From Candidatus Uhrbacteria bacterium (GTDB lineage Bacteria; Patescibacteriota; Patescibacteriia; UBA9934): a DNA stretch of 64,000 bases. A program made the position numbers and the translations under genes. Numbering within the stretch: position 1 is the stretch's first letter; every line of letters begins with the position of its first letter. The notes under the pieces are model-generated. The model had not been told where the DNA came from, did not search any database, and was given only the letters and a program-made list of their open reading frames with translations. Shown here in pieces: positions 29,320 to 39,711 of this stretch. The stretch is from NCBI GenBank assembly GCA_018664485.1, contig JABJOE010000007.1:68353-132352 (forward strand), read 5' to 3'.

Positions 29320-29898
29320 TTATAATTCGATACTTCCCTGACGGATTATCTCAACGCCCTCCCCCGTTATCTTTACTATAGTAGACGCCGGATTACGTGT
29401 AAGTACGCCTGCATCGATATAAACATCCGCACCTAAACTGTCTTCGATCTGAGCACTGTCGTATATTGCCGGTTCTCCGAATTTATTGGCACTTGTTGCA
29501 ACTATAGGCCGTCCAAGTCCTGCAGCTATTGATGCGGCAACCGGATTTGAAGAAACACGGGCAGTCTGAGTTCCATCCTGCGTACACATCTGAGCTACTT
29601 GCGACCCTTCCGCTACCTCACCCACAATATTAAGTGGTCCCGGCCAGTGATCGCTCATCATTTTACGCATCTGATCAGTTACAACTAAGTACCTCTCAGC
29701 TGAATCTACATCTGGCAGCAATATAGGTGAACCCATATCTTCCGGGCGATTCTTTAATTCGTACACACGTTTAACCGCATCCGCATTCGTAGCATCACAA
29801 CCAATTCCATATGATGTCTCTGTCGGAAAAATCAAAATACCTCCTTCGTTTAAAAGAGATACTGCTTCTTCTACTTGATCTGGACCGAGTCGTTTCAT
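29320..29898 (-). CDS. tsaC: L-threonylcarbamoyladenylate synthase (TsaC/YrdC/Sua5 family)
   Basis: The YrdC-domain signature GGILIFPTETSYGIGCDATN, with a length of 192 aa. Confidence 0.8.
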   Translation of the reverse strand: MKRLGPDQVEEAVSLLNEGGILIFPTETSYGIGCDATNADAVKRVYELKNRPEDMGSPILLPDVDSAERYLVVTDQMRKMMSDHWPGPLNIVGEVAEGSQVAQMCTQDGTQTARVSSNPVAASIAAGLGRPIVATSANKFGEPAIYDSAQIEDSLGADVYIDAGVLTRNPASTIVKITGEGVEIIRQGSIEL

Positions 29899-29899
29899 A

Positions 29900-30853
29900 T
29901 CAACTTTCTAAATCTCGGAACCACTTATACGTTTTCGCCAAACCTTCTTCAAAAGTTGTCATCGGCTCCCAGCCAAGAATATCCTTTGCACTATTTGGAG
30001 CTAGAACGCTGTGTTGCACTTCACCGGTACGAAAGGGAGCAAAATTTGGCTCCTGTTTTTTACCATGTACATCCTGAACCATATTCCACAACTCCAGAAC
30101 TGATACTTCCCTTCCGGTTGAAACATTCACCGCAGCACTCACGTCGCTTTCAAGAGCACGTACAAAAGCATCCACCGCATCGTGAACGAAAAGATAATCA
30201 CGAGTCATCGATCCATCTCCAAAAATAGTAACGGGATCACCGGACAAAATTTTATCTAGAAAGATCGGCACAACACCCCCCTCTCCACCGGAAAGCTGCT
30301 GGCGTGGTCCGTAAATATTTGCAAAACGAAGTGACACACCTTGCATTCCGTGAGCTTTGCTATATAGCTCAAGATAATGCTCCATAGCCTGCTTCCCGAT
30401 GCCATAGGGAGAGATTGGCTGTGCGTTCATGATCTCAGGAGTTGGATGAATGCCGTGGTCTCCATAGATTGCACCACCACTGGATGAAAAAACAATCTTA
30501 TTACATCCATGACGTCTCGCCATATCAAGAAGCGCGATAGCGTCAACAATATTTGTCTGAGCATCGGCAACTGGATCCTCTATAGATTTTGTAACACTGA
30601 TCTGTGCTGCAAGATGGCACACTGCATCAGGCTTTTCCTTTTTAAAAACCGCTTCCATCGCTGCCTCATCTGCAAACCCTACTTTATGAGTAGTGGCTGC
30701 AGCATTTGGAAAGCGTCTCTTTTCTCGCTTATGATGATCAATAACAATAACCTCGTGGCCGTCATCAATTAGACGATCAACTAAGTGAGATCCAATGAAT
30801 CCCGCCCCACCAGTAACGAGGACCTTCATAGCTACAAATTTTCTCGATACCAA
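29900..30853 (-). CDS. NAD-dependent epimerase/dehydratase (GalE/RfbB-like extended SDR)
   Basis: MKVLVTGGAGFIGSHLV (Rossmann GxxGxxG) plus the Y-x3-K motif YGIGKQAMEHY. The probable start is the internal ATG at about 30829, which avoids overlap with the next gene. Confidence 0.7.
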   Translation of the reverse strand: MVSRKFVAMKVLVTGGAGFIGSHLVDRLIDDGHEVIVIDHHKREKRRFPNAAATTHKVGFADEAAMEAVFKKEKPDAVCHLAAQISVTKSIEDPVADAQTNIVDAIALLDMARRHGCNKIVFSSSGGAIYGDHGIHPTPEIMNAQPISPYGIGKQAMEHYLELYSKAHGMQGVSLRFANIYGPRQQLSGGEGGVVPIFLDKILSGDPVTIFGDGSMTRDYLFVHDAVDAFVRALESDVSAAVNVSTGREVSVLELWNMVQDVHGKKQEPNFAPFRTGEVQHSVLAPNSAKDILGWEPMTTFEEGLAKTYKWFRDLES

Positions 30854-31764
30854 GCAACTGTATTTGCGACTCCCTCAGAAAGCGGAACAGCCGGAGCCCA
30901 CCCGAGAACCTCTTTTGCTTTTGCATTCTTTAAAGCGACACGTTTGAGCATATCCTGCACCTCTTCGTTTGTGTCCGGGAAAGACTGTACTCCAACCTCG
31001 GCACGCACGAGCTCGAACAGCTCCTGAGTAGTTGTCTCAATGCCAGTACCAATATTTAAAACTCCTACGTAATCAGAGTCAGCTGCCGCAAGCAACGCTT
31101 CGATAACATCGTCGACATAAATATAGTCACGCGTAGTTTTTCCATCATTATTAATGAAAGGTGTTTCTCCCTGTAATAGCTTTGCTGTAAAAATTCCAAT
31201 CGCTCCAGATTCAGCGCTACTATCTTGGCGAGGCCCGTAAACATTCCCTAAACGCAATGCAGTGAACGGCACACCGTGAACCTCTTTATAGAAATGTAGG
31301 TACCTCTCTCCTGTTAACTTCGATACAGCGTATGGAGTTGTCGGTGATGGCACCATGCTTTCGGAGATTGGCAACTGAGACTGCGCACCATATGTAACAC
31401 CGGTAGAAGTGAAAATGATTTTTCCGTTACCGTGGCCACGCATCCCTTCAAAAATATTCAATGATCCCAAGATATTGTCTTGAGCATTTTGCACCGGATT
31501 CTCGACTGACTCACGATCAAAGATATGTGCCGCCAAATGAAACACAACATCAGGCTTTTCTTTTTTGAAAATAGCAACAACATCCGAATCACGAATATCA
31601 ATCTTTTTGTAAACAGCTTTTTTGTTTTTGATCTTCCGCGGTGGCCTCACCTTATCGATAACAACAACGCGCTTGGCCTGCTCGACCAATCGATCAACGA
31701 GATGCGATCCGATAAAACCAGATCCGCCTGTAACGATTACTGTTCCATATTTCATAACGTGCAT
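30832..31764 (-). CDS. NAD-dependent epimerase/dehydratase, a second paralogue
   Basis: TVIVTGGSGFIGSHLVDRL...YAVSKLTGERY, the extended SDR family. Confidence 0.7.
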   Translation of the reverse strand: MHVMKYGTVIVTGGSGFIGSHLVDRLVEQAKRVVVIDKVRPPRKIKNKKAVYKKIDIRDSDVVAIFKKEKPDVVFHLAAHIFDRESVENPVQNAQDNILGSLNIFEGMRGHGNGKIIFTSTGVTYGAQSQLPISESMVPSPTTPYAVSKLTGERYLHFYKEVHGVPFTALRLGNVYGPRQDSSAESGAIGIFTAKLLQGETPFINNDGKTTRDYIYVDDVIEALLAAADSDYVGVLNIGTGIETTTQELFELVRAEVGVQSFPDTNEEVQDMLKRVALKNAKAKEVLGWAPAVPLSEGVANTVAWYRENL

Positions 31765-31782
31765 AATCTACCAAAATTAGCG

Positions 31783-32901
31783 TTATTTTTCAACCCTTTG
31801 AGCCTCAAGCTGATGACGGAGATATGCCTCTAAAAATGCGTCTAATTCACCTCCCAAAACAGCGTCAACGTTCTGCGTCTCCTCCCCCGTTCGATGATCC
31901 TTCACCATCTTGTAGGGATGTAGTACGTAACTCCGAATTTGGTTACCCCACTCAGGCGCTTTATGACCACCCTTGAGGTCTGCGATATGCTCTGCACGCT
32001 CATCGAGCATTCTTTGAAATAGCCTGGACTTTAGCACGCGCATGGCCGTTTCTTTATTCTGACGCTGAGATCTTTCATTCTGACAGCTCGCCACAAAGCC
32101 TGTTGGAATATGTGTGATTCGAATTGCCGAGTATGTGGTGTTTACAGACTGACCACCTTTTCCAGATGACAAAAATGTATCTATGCGAAGGTCCTTCTGA
32201 TCGATCTCTATCTCTTTCCCTGTCAGATCATCAAGCTCTGGGATAACCTCGACTAAAGCGAACGCCGTGTGACGCATTTTCTCCGCATCAAACGGTGAGA
32301 TACGAACCAAACGATGAACACCTGCCTCTGCCTTTAGATACCCGTACGCAAAACGTCCTCGGACCGCAAACATTACACGCTTATACCCAGCTTCTTCGCC
32401 ACGCGACTCCTCCAAAACTTCCAAAGTCCACCCTCGAGCTTCAACGAGTCGCGCGTACATACGAAATATCATTGCAGCCCAGTCCATAGCATCCGTACCT
32501 CCGGCTCCAGCATGGATCGACATGATCACATTACTTACGTCCATCTTGTCTGAGAGCAATGTTTGCAATTCCATCTTTTGGTAACGATCGCTCAACGCCG
32601 CGACCTGCTCATCTACCTCTTTTAAAACTGATGCGTTTTTTTCCTCGTTCGCCAGTGCGTGTAAATCTTGGGTGTCTATTATATTTTTCCGTATTACATC
32701 CCATTGCTCATACTGCCCTTTGAGATCTGCAGACTTTTGTGAGACTTCACGAGCATTATCCTGATCATTCCAAAAATCCTGCTGACCCATCATTACTTCT
32801 ATCTCTTTTATTTGATCTGCAACATCGTCCAACTTCAACAACTCCCAGGCGCCATTAACCTTGGATAACAGTTCATCGAGTTGTGATGCAATTGAGCTCA
32901 T
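31783..32901 (-). CDS. prfB: peptide chain release factor 2, one continuous ORF with no programmed +1 frameshift
   Basis: The SPF tripeptide (RISPFDAE) specifies RF2. The GGQ motif is present (SGKGGQSVNTT). The 372-aa reading frame is uninterrupted. Confidence 0.85.
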   Translation of the reverse strand: MSSIASQLDELLSKVNGAWELLKLDDVADQIKEIEVMMGQQDFWNDQDNAREVSQKSADLKGQYEQWDVIRKNIIDTQDLHALANEEKNASVLKEVDEQVAALSDRYQKMELQTLLSDKMDVSNVIMSIHAGAGGTDAMDWAAMIFRMYARLVEARGWTLEVLEESRGEEAGYKRVMFAVRGRFAYGYLKAEAGVHRLVRISPFDAEKMRHTAFALVEVIPELDDLTGKEIEIDQKDLRIDTFLSSGKGGQSVNTTYSAIRITHIPTGFVASCQNERSQRQNKETAMRVLKSRLFQRMLDERAEHIADLKGGHKAPEWGNQIRSYVLHPYKMVKDHRTGEETQNVDAVLGGELDAFLEAYLRHQLEAQRVEK

Positions 32902-32998
32902 GCACTTATAATTTTAATTCTCTTTGAAACGAAAAACAAGCTTTGTTAAGCCTGCTTTTCGGAAGTTGCTACAGACATACCGCAACAACTCCCACTAA

Positions 32999-33331
32999 TC
33001 AGATTTTCAACTTTTTTGCGTAGCTTCCCAAAAGTGGCATCACCCATTTCTTTCCGCCAAGTGCGTTTATAAATCCCATGATAGCCATAACTACCACGAA
33101 TAAATACATCGCGATGTTCGCAAGCCATCCAATAATTGGAATAAATACGAAAATAGTTGCAATGATCATCACTGCTACCTCTGCGATAAATAGTACAAGC
33201 CCCTGCTTTGCATGGAACTGAACATACGGAGAGTTCTTTGAAAGTAGCAATGGAACAAAGCAGAGCACAAACACGTAAGAAAGCGCTGCCATTACGTTAT
33301 TATCTTTTTGTTCTTGCGTTGGTTGAGCCAT
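32999..33331 (-). CDS. small integral membrane protein (DUF4870-like, 110 aa)
   Basis: Two or three TM helices and a FHAKQGLVLFI motif. Confidence 0.5.
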   Translation of the reverse strand: MAQPTQEQKDNNVMAALSYVFVLCFVPLLLSKNSPYVQFHAKQGLVLFIAEVAVMIIATIFVFIPIIGWLANIAMYLFVVVMAIMGFINALGGKKWVMPLLGSYAKKLKI

Positions 33332-33489
33332 AAAATAATTGAATTTAGTAGCTTGTAGTTAGTGGTTGAGGTAGAGCGACTTAGCAACTTAACTACTAAG
33401 TGACTCAATTGACTTGAGTATAGCCTATAGCTAAGCGACGGTAAACAGAAAAGAGCTCGATATAACGAACCCTTTTCGCTTTAATTAGA

Positions 33490-33786
33490 TCAGTTGCCTG
33501 AAGATATCTTTTTAATGTTCTTGCTATCAATCTTTTCAATCACTTCACCGGTCATCTTTGCCAATGCCGACATACCCTTTTGTGTCATGAAGATTCTCGA
33601 CACCAAAGTCTGCTCAATAGAACCGTCTCTGCGTGGCATCTTTGTGAAAAACTCTATAGCAAAATTATCACCATTGAACTGAACTGAAAACGTATCTGCA
33701 AAACGTCCACGAAGCTCATCATCATTACGATTGATAATCAACTTCTTCTTTGGAGACGGTTGCGACATAAACTCACTTGGCTTCAT
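33490..33786 (-). CDS. hypothetical protein (98 aa)
   Basis: A complete ORF between the membrane protein gene and groEL with no recognisable motifs. Confidence 0.4.
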   Translation of the reverse strand: MKPSEFMSQPSPKKKLIINRNDDELRGRFADTFSVQFNGDNFAIEFFTKMPRRDGSIEQTLVSRIFMTQKGMSALAKMTGEVIEKIDSKNIKKISSGN

Positions 33787-33815
33787 ATACGAATGTTATT
33801 ACAGAAATCCTTAAA

Positions 33816-35468
<1,653 letters not shown>

Positions 35469-35650
35469 TTATATATTCAAGTAAACAAGACTCGCCAGAT
35501 CGTAAGGTTGTGATATCTTCTGAGATCATGTTCCAGGTAATGCAGCCGAGATTTGTGATAGTCGAGGAGGCATAGCAGCGCTACGCAGACGAGACTAGAG
35601 CACATCGCAGGCGCATGAATGGATCATGAGGCCAGTAGAATATTACAGCC

Positions 35651-35944
35651 TTACGATCCTACTATTGCGATTACGTCTTCCGCTTTAATAACTAGAAACT
35701 TCTCGCCGTTGATTTCAAACTCGTCTGGTGAGTACTTTTTAAATAAAACCTTCTGCCCAGGTTTAAATTCCATTTCCATTCGCTTGCCACTCTCAAGCAT
35801 TTTTCCTGGTCCAACTGACAGAACCTCTGCCTGCTCTGGTCGATCTTTGTCTACGGTATCAGGAATAATAATCCCGGATGCTGTCGTGGTCTCCTTGTCC
35901 ATCGGCTTAAGCACGATGTGGTCTGAAACAGGTTTTAGGTTCAT
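35651..35944 (-). CDS. groS: co-chaperonin GroES
   Basis: MNLKPVSDHIVLKP...GIIIPDT...GEKFLVIKAEDVIAIV. Length 97 aa. Confidence 0.9.
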   Translation of the reverse strand: MNLKPVSDHIVLKPMDKETTTASGIIIPDTVDKDRPEQAEVLSVGPGKMLESGKRMEMEFKPGQKVLFKKYSPDEFEINGEKFLVIKAEDVIAIVGS

Positions 35945-35994
35945 AGAGAAAGGTTATTTATTCATTTCTTGTATCGCGGATAACCCTAACAAAA

Positions 35995-36021
35995 TTAGCA
36001 CTCTCATGCAAACTCTGCTAA
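35995..36021. promoter_or_regulatory. CIRCE-like inverted repeat (putative HrcA operator) upstream of groES
   Basis: TTAGCACTC-tcatgcaaa-CTCTGCTAA has a perfect left arm and a right arm matching 6 of 9 positions of GAGTGCTAA. It sits about 50-75 nt upstream of the groES start. Confidence 0.5.
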
Positions 36022-36089
36022 TTGCCTGCCTTTTGGGGTTGACATAGCGCCGTTTTCTTGGTAGTCTCCCCTGTCTAACGACCAGGACA

Positions 36090-36464
36090 ATGACGTTCTG
36101 CCACATCCTTGGAGACACCGTGGATACTCACAGAATGATCAGTAACGTCACGCCGCTGTTCAGGTCACAAGACTCGCTCCGCGCGTCAAACCGACGCGCG
36201 GGACCAAGCATCATGTTCAGCTACAATGATTACGATGGGGGAACACATTTAGAGCGTGGAGAAAGCAGCCCCCTCATCTCCTACGACGCCACCCGCAACA
36301 ACGCGATGATCACGATGGAAGTTTCGATCACTCAACAGAGGTCCGGTACCCTGGCTCTGATTGAGTACATGGATATTCAGGGCTTTGAACTCGTGACCCT
36401 GTGTCCGACCCCTGAACGTAACCTCATCAGCATCTTTGCTGTCTTTCGCAAGAAGGCCGTCTGA
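36090..36464 (+). CDS. hypothetical small protein in a GC-rich cassette. The coding strand is uncertain.
   Basis: A 124-aa ORF that partly overlaps antisense ORF 36249-36653. GC is about 58%. No motif was found. Confidence 0.25.
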   Translation: MTFCHILGDTVDTHRMISNVTPLFRSQDSLRASNRRAGPSIMFSYNDYDGGTHLERGESSPLISYDATRNNAMITMEVSITQQRSGTLALIEYMDIQGFELVTLCPTPERNLISIFAVFRKKAV

Positions 36465-36662
36465 GCGCATCCGGACACCGTTGCATATACGCAGCGTGCT
36501 CGTCTCTGGGTGCGCTGTTGTTATTTGTTTGATATTTTTTTCTTGGATATTTGGTTTTTTTCGCATATTTAAGCTTCCTATGGTTGACATTATTGCCGTT
36601 TTGCTACATGGTTGGAGCGTCTTGGACTTCCATGACCTCGCAACAACAGACACGGATAGCCC

Positions 36663-37052
36663 ATGCGCGAACCCTCAACAGAACATTCAGGCGGAGTCGG
36701 CGCTGCCGGACAGCAAAGCCCGCCACCGCAAGTCTTCCCACGATTCCTCTACTACCGCCTTCCACCTGAGATGACCGAACTCGCTGCAAAAACGGTCACG
36801 ACCCTTCGAAACGTGTTCGGCGGGATCCCTCATGCGGACCTTGAGCTCCATCCGAGCAACAGCGCTGCCAGCGGTCTGAGCCCTGGGATCTGCGAGATCA
36901 GCCCGGTCTTCGTCATCTTGCGCGTACGGAATGCCGCCAAGAAACCCGACGATATTTCGATCAATGGCCTTCGGTGCGCCCTGGTCCAAACCGGACGCGA
37001 GGGTATGCCTGGCACAGACGTCACGGTCTTCCCCGAAGAACTCACACACTAG
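36663..37052 (+). CDS. hypothetical small protein in a GC-rich cassette
   Basis: A 129-aa ORF that is mirrored by antisense ORF 36687-37067. The plus strand is favoured because a terminator hairpin follows on that strand at 37077. Confidence 0.3.
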   Translation: MREPSTEHSGGVGAAGQQSPPPQVFPRFLYYRLPPEMTELAAKTVTTLRNVFGGIPHADLELHPSNSAASGLSPGICEISPVFVILRVRNAAKKPDDISINGLRCALVQTGREGMPGTDVTVFPEELTH

Positions 37053-37076
37053 GGCTACGGCCCACACAACGTCTCA

Positions 37077-37110
37077 ACCCCGCGCCGATCTAATCGGTGC
37101 GGGGTTTCGT
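37077..37110 (+). terminator. GC-hairpin terminator, copy 1 of a near-identical pair
   Basis: CCCCGCGCCGATctaATCGGTGCGGGG followed by TTTCGTGC. Confidence 0.55.
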
Positions 37111-37141
37111 GCATTGACAAAGTGGCCGCTTTCTGGCATAC

Positions 37142-37492
37142 TTGCGCTCGTCTAGAAATCTAGAATCAACCCGAACTCCGAGAGTGCTCATGTATCAATT
37201 CCCCAATTTCCGCTTCGGACAGCAGTTGCTGTGCGGACTTTACAAGGCAGCCCGCCGAGTCAATCTCAAAGGAGGCATGGACCTCGGCGCAGCAACCTTC
37301 AAAATGCTAGGAGCGATGATCGCCGACAGCAACATCGGTGAAGAACTCATCTTCGACATGCTCTCGAAGCACATCGACGAAGCAGGTTCACAGAATTGGG
37401 CCACACTCTCTGCAACGCTTCTCAAACACCGCGGCCTCAACCAGACCTGGCAGAATGCCGGTCCACCAACACCATGTCCCGTCCACGTATAG
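37142..37492 (+). CDS. hypothetical small protein (about 101 aa if the start is the ATG at 37189)
   Basis: An ORF with a plausible start MYQFPNFRFGQQ..., followed by terminator copy 2. Confidence 0.35.
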   Translation: MRSSRNLESTRTPRVLMYQFPNFRFGQQLLCGLYKAARRVNLKGGMDLGAATFKMLGAMIADSNIGEELIFDMLSKHIDEAGSQNWATLSATLLKHRGLNQTWQNAGPPTPCPVHV

Positions 37493-37511
37493 GCACTATC
37501 GCCATCTCAAT

Positions 37512-37544
37512 CCCGCGCCGACTGATCGGTGCGGGGTTTCGTGC
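37512..37544 (+). terminator. GC-hairpin terminator, copy 2
   Basis: CCCGCGCCGActgATCGGTGCGGGG followed by TTTCGTGCGTCT. It is about 90% identical to copy 1. Confidence 0.55.
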
Positions 37545-37555
37545 GTCTGGCGTTA

Positions 37556-38809
37556 CTAGCCCTGTGAATTTATACGTGTAACGACTGCAGCACTTAATGC
37601 GACGAGTGCAATCCCGGGCCACAGAGTCCAAAGATAGTGATCAAACAAACTAATTATAAAAAGTGGAGTAAGTCCGATGCATAAAAGCCATATGCGATGA
37701 CGATGAATGCGTAGCACCGACACAAGTCCACCAAAAACAAAAACCAAACTTACAATTCCGAGTTCTCCCACCATCAACGCCCAAACATTATGTACCGGTT
37801 GATACTCCCACCACTCATTCCCTGGATTAATTTCTGCAATCGCCAAAGTATAGTTATTCAAACCGACTCCTAAAAGTGGCCGCTCAAAAATCAGTTCACC
37901 AAAAGTTTCATACTGTTCAACTCGCTCAGTTATAGATCGCGACTCAACAAGATTATCAAACGAAAACCGACTAGCGATAAGAGGACTTAAAAGAACAATC
38001 ACGATAATTATTATTGCAGTTGCCAAACGAGCCCCGCGATCAAGAGCAAGCCACGCCCGCAATCCATGCACCTTCGCAGTAAGCGATCTAGCTACAATCA
38101 AAAACAGTGCGAGCGCAAAACCTATCCATGCAGAGCGAGAGAACGTAATAACCAATCCAACGAACAATAATAGTCCCAACGGAATTAGCAATCTTCGAAT
38201 ATTCTGTGCAGCGCCTTTATAAAGCCACAGTACCCCGAGGAGCCCCATCGCTAAATATCCACCAAATATATTCGGATGAGGGAGGGATCCATACGCTCGG
38301 AGCATCCTCTCGCCGCCGACAACCAACACAGCATCTCCTAACGCCTGCGCATCACGCGTAGCCATACCAAGTAGAGTAGATGCTCCTGACCCTCCGCCTA
38401 CAACCTGCCACAATCCAATCAACGTCGGGATGATAAGCCCCAAAACAAATCCCCACACTATATTCCGCGCCGATACACGATCATCAAAAGCTAGTACAAA
38501 AATAGAAATAGCAGCGACCAAGTGAACGATATGCGCAAAAACCAAATCATCATTAATCGCCCATAAGCTACTAATAACACCAAGCGCCACGAGAAGTAGT
38601 GCTAAGCGGACCGGTCCTGTAGCACGACTAGTTTTTTGTTTGTACATCAAAAAGAGGCCGGCTATTGCTAGGACCTCAATAACATACAAACTCATCACGC
38701 CCAGCTGGAACGCCTCACCAGCAATCAACTCCTGACCATAAATCCACCGCGTTTGCCACGGCAGTAAAAAAGCAATCACCGGTAGAAAATAGGCTCTTAA
38801 TCTTTGCAT
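37556..38809 (-). CDS. O-antigen ligase/polymerase-like (Wzy_C-type) polytopic membrane protein
   Basis: About 10 TM helices and a large periplasmic-type loop. It is 417 aa and lies in a gene neighbourhood with a flippase-like protein. Confidence 0.5.
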   Translation of the reverse strand: MQRLRAYFLPVIAFLLPWQTRWIYGQELIAGEAFQLGVMSLYVIEVLAIAGLFLMYKQKTSRATGPVRLALLLVALGVISSLWAINDDLVFAHIVHLVAAISIFVLAFDDRVSARNIVWGFVLGLIIPTLIGLWQVVGGGSGASTLLGMATRDAQALGDAVLVVGGERMLRAYGSLPHPNIFGGYLAMGLLGVLWLYKGAAQNIRRLLIPLGLLLFVGLVITFSRSAWIGFALALFLIVARSLTAKVHGLRAWLALDRGARLATAIIIIVIVLLSPLIASRFSFDNLVESRSITERVEQYETFGELIFERPLLGVGLNNYTLAIAEINPGNEWWEYQPVHNVWALMVGELGIVSLVFVFGGLVSVLRIHRHRIWLLCIGLTPLFIISLFDHYLWTLWPGIALVALSAAVVTRINSQG

Positions 38810-39702
38810 ACCTGCATCTGAGCATTAAATGCTTGCGCGATTTCTTCTCTCCGATCTGTCCGATGGAATTTTAACATCCGATTATTAATAACTACTCTCG
38901 AATCAGTGTTCGCTGCATCACGCAGGTCCTGTGGAAGACGACCCTCCTGTATCCGTCTTGCAAATGACTCAGACAATCCTGGTAACCGTGCCTTAACATT
39001 GCGTCGTCGATAACGGAATGATCGTACTGGCGGCTTAGCATTTGGAAGCTTTGCAAAAGCCCATGAATTTTCATCGAAAAATCTATCCCACAATTCCCGC
39101 TCACCTAGAACTGGTGTGAGAGTTGCAATCCAAAAAGCAAAATATGGGTCATCAGTCTTTTGAAGGGAAAACAAATCCATCGCGTCCTCACTTACAAAAA
39201 AACTCAAATCAATTGGGTGATGATCAGTCTCCCCTGGCCGTTGCTTGAGCGCCATAAGTGGTGCCACACTCAACAGTCTTGTAGACCACACGGCACCTTG
39301 GTCGGTAATCACAAACAAATCAATATCACTTTGTGAACGCGTAAAATGAAACGGCATCGAATTACACAACGCTACCCCACGCACACCCGGAACGCGTCGC
39401 AAAAAAGTGAGTACGCGCGCAAGCTTACGTTCCTTCTCTATAGCGTCAAGATAACGCACATGCCGCTCCACTGTCTGAGTCTCCGCATCTTGCTTGGACC
39501 CAATCGAGTACATTCCGTTTATACTACTCACCCGCTCATTGAGCCACTTGGAATTATCGAGCGTATCTTCGATCTGATTAAACGAAATATTGGTTTCGGG
39601 TTCAAACTGCCACTTCCATATCTCAAAAGCAGTTAACGGATAGCCAAAATAAGAAAAATAAGCCAATGGCTTGTAAACCTCTGTTTCGATCATCGTAGGC
39701 AT
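38797..39702 (-). CDS. hypothetical protein with a possible minimal nucleotidyltransferase fold
   Basis: GVALCNSMPFHFTRSQSDIDLFVIT resembles the Pol-beta-type NTase core (hG[GS]...DhDhhh) with a degenerate GS. Confidence 0.4.
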   Translation of the reverse strand: MPTMIETEVYKPLAYFSYFGYPLTAFEIWKWQFEPETNISFNQIEDTLDNSKWLNERVSSINGMYSIGSKQDAETQTVERHVRYLDAIEKERKLARVLTFLRRVPGVRGVALCNSMPFHFTRSQSDIDLFVITDQGAVWSTRLLSVAPLMALKQRPGETDHHPIDLSFFVSEDAMDLFSLQKTDDPYFAFWIATLTPVLGERELWDRFFDENSWAFAKLPNAKPPVRSFRYRRRNVKARLPGLSESFARRIQEGRLPQDLRDAANTDSRVVINNRMLKFHRTDRREEIAQAFNAQMQVCKD

Positions 39703-39711
39703 ACTTCGATC

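Noticed and set aside
29900-31764. Apparent 22-bp overlap between the two epimerase genes, considered as a possible frameshift or fusion
   Set aside because: The upstream ORF has an internal Met directly before the Rossmann motif (MKVLVTGGAGFIGS) at about 30829. Using it removes the overlap. Both proteins are complete paralogues.
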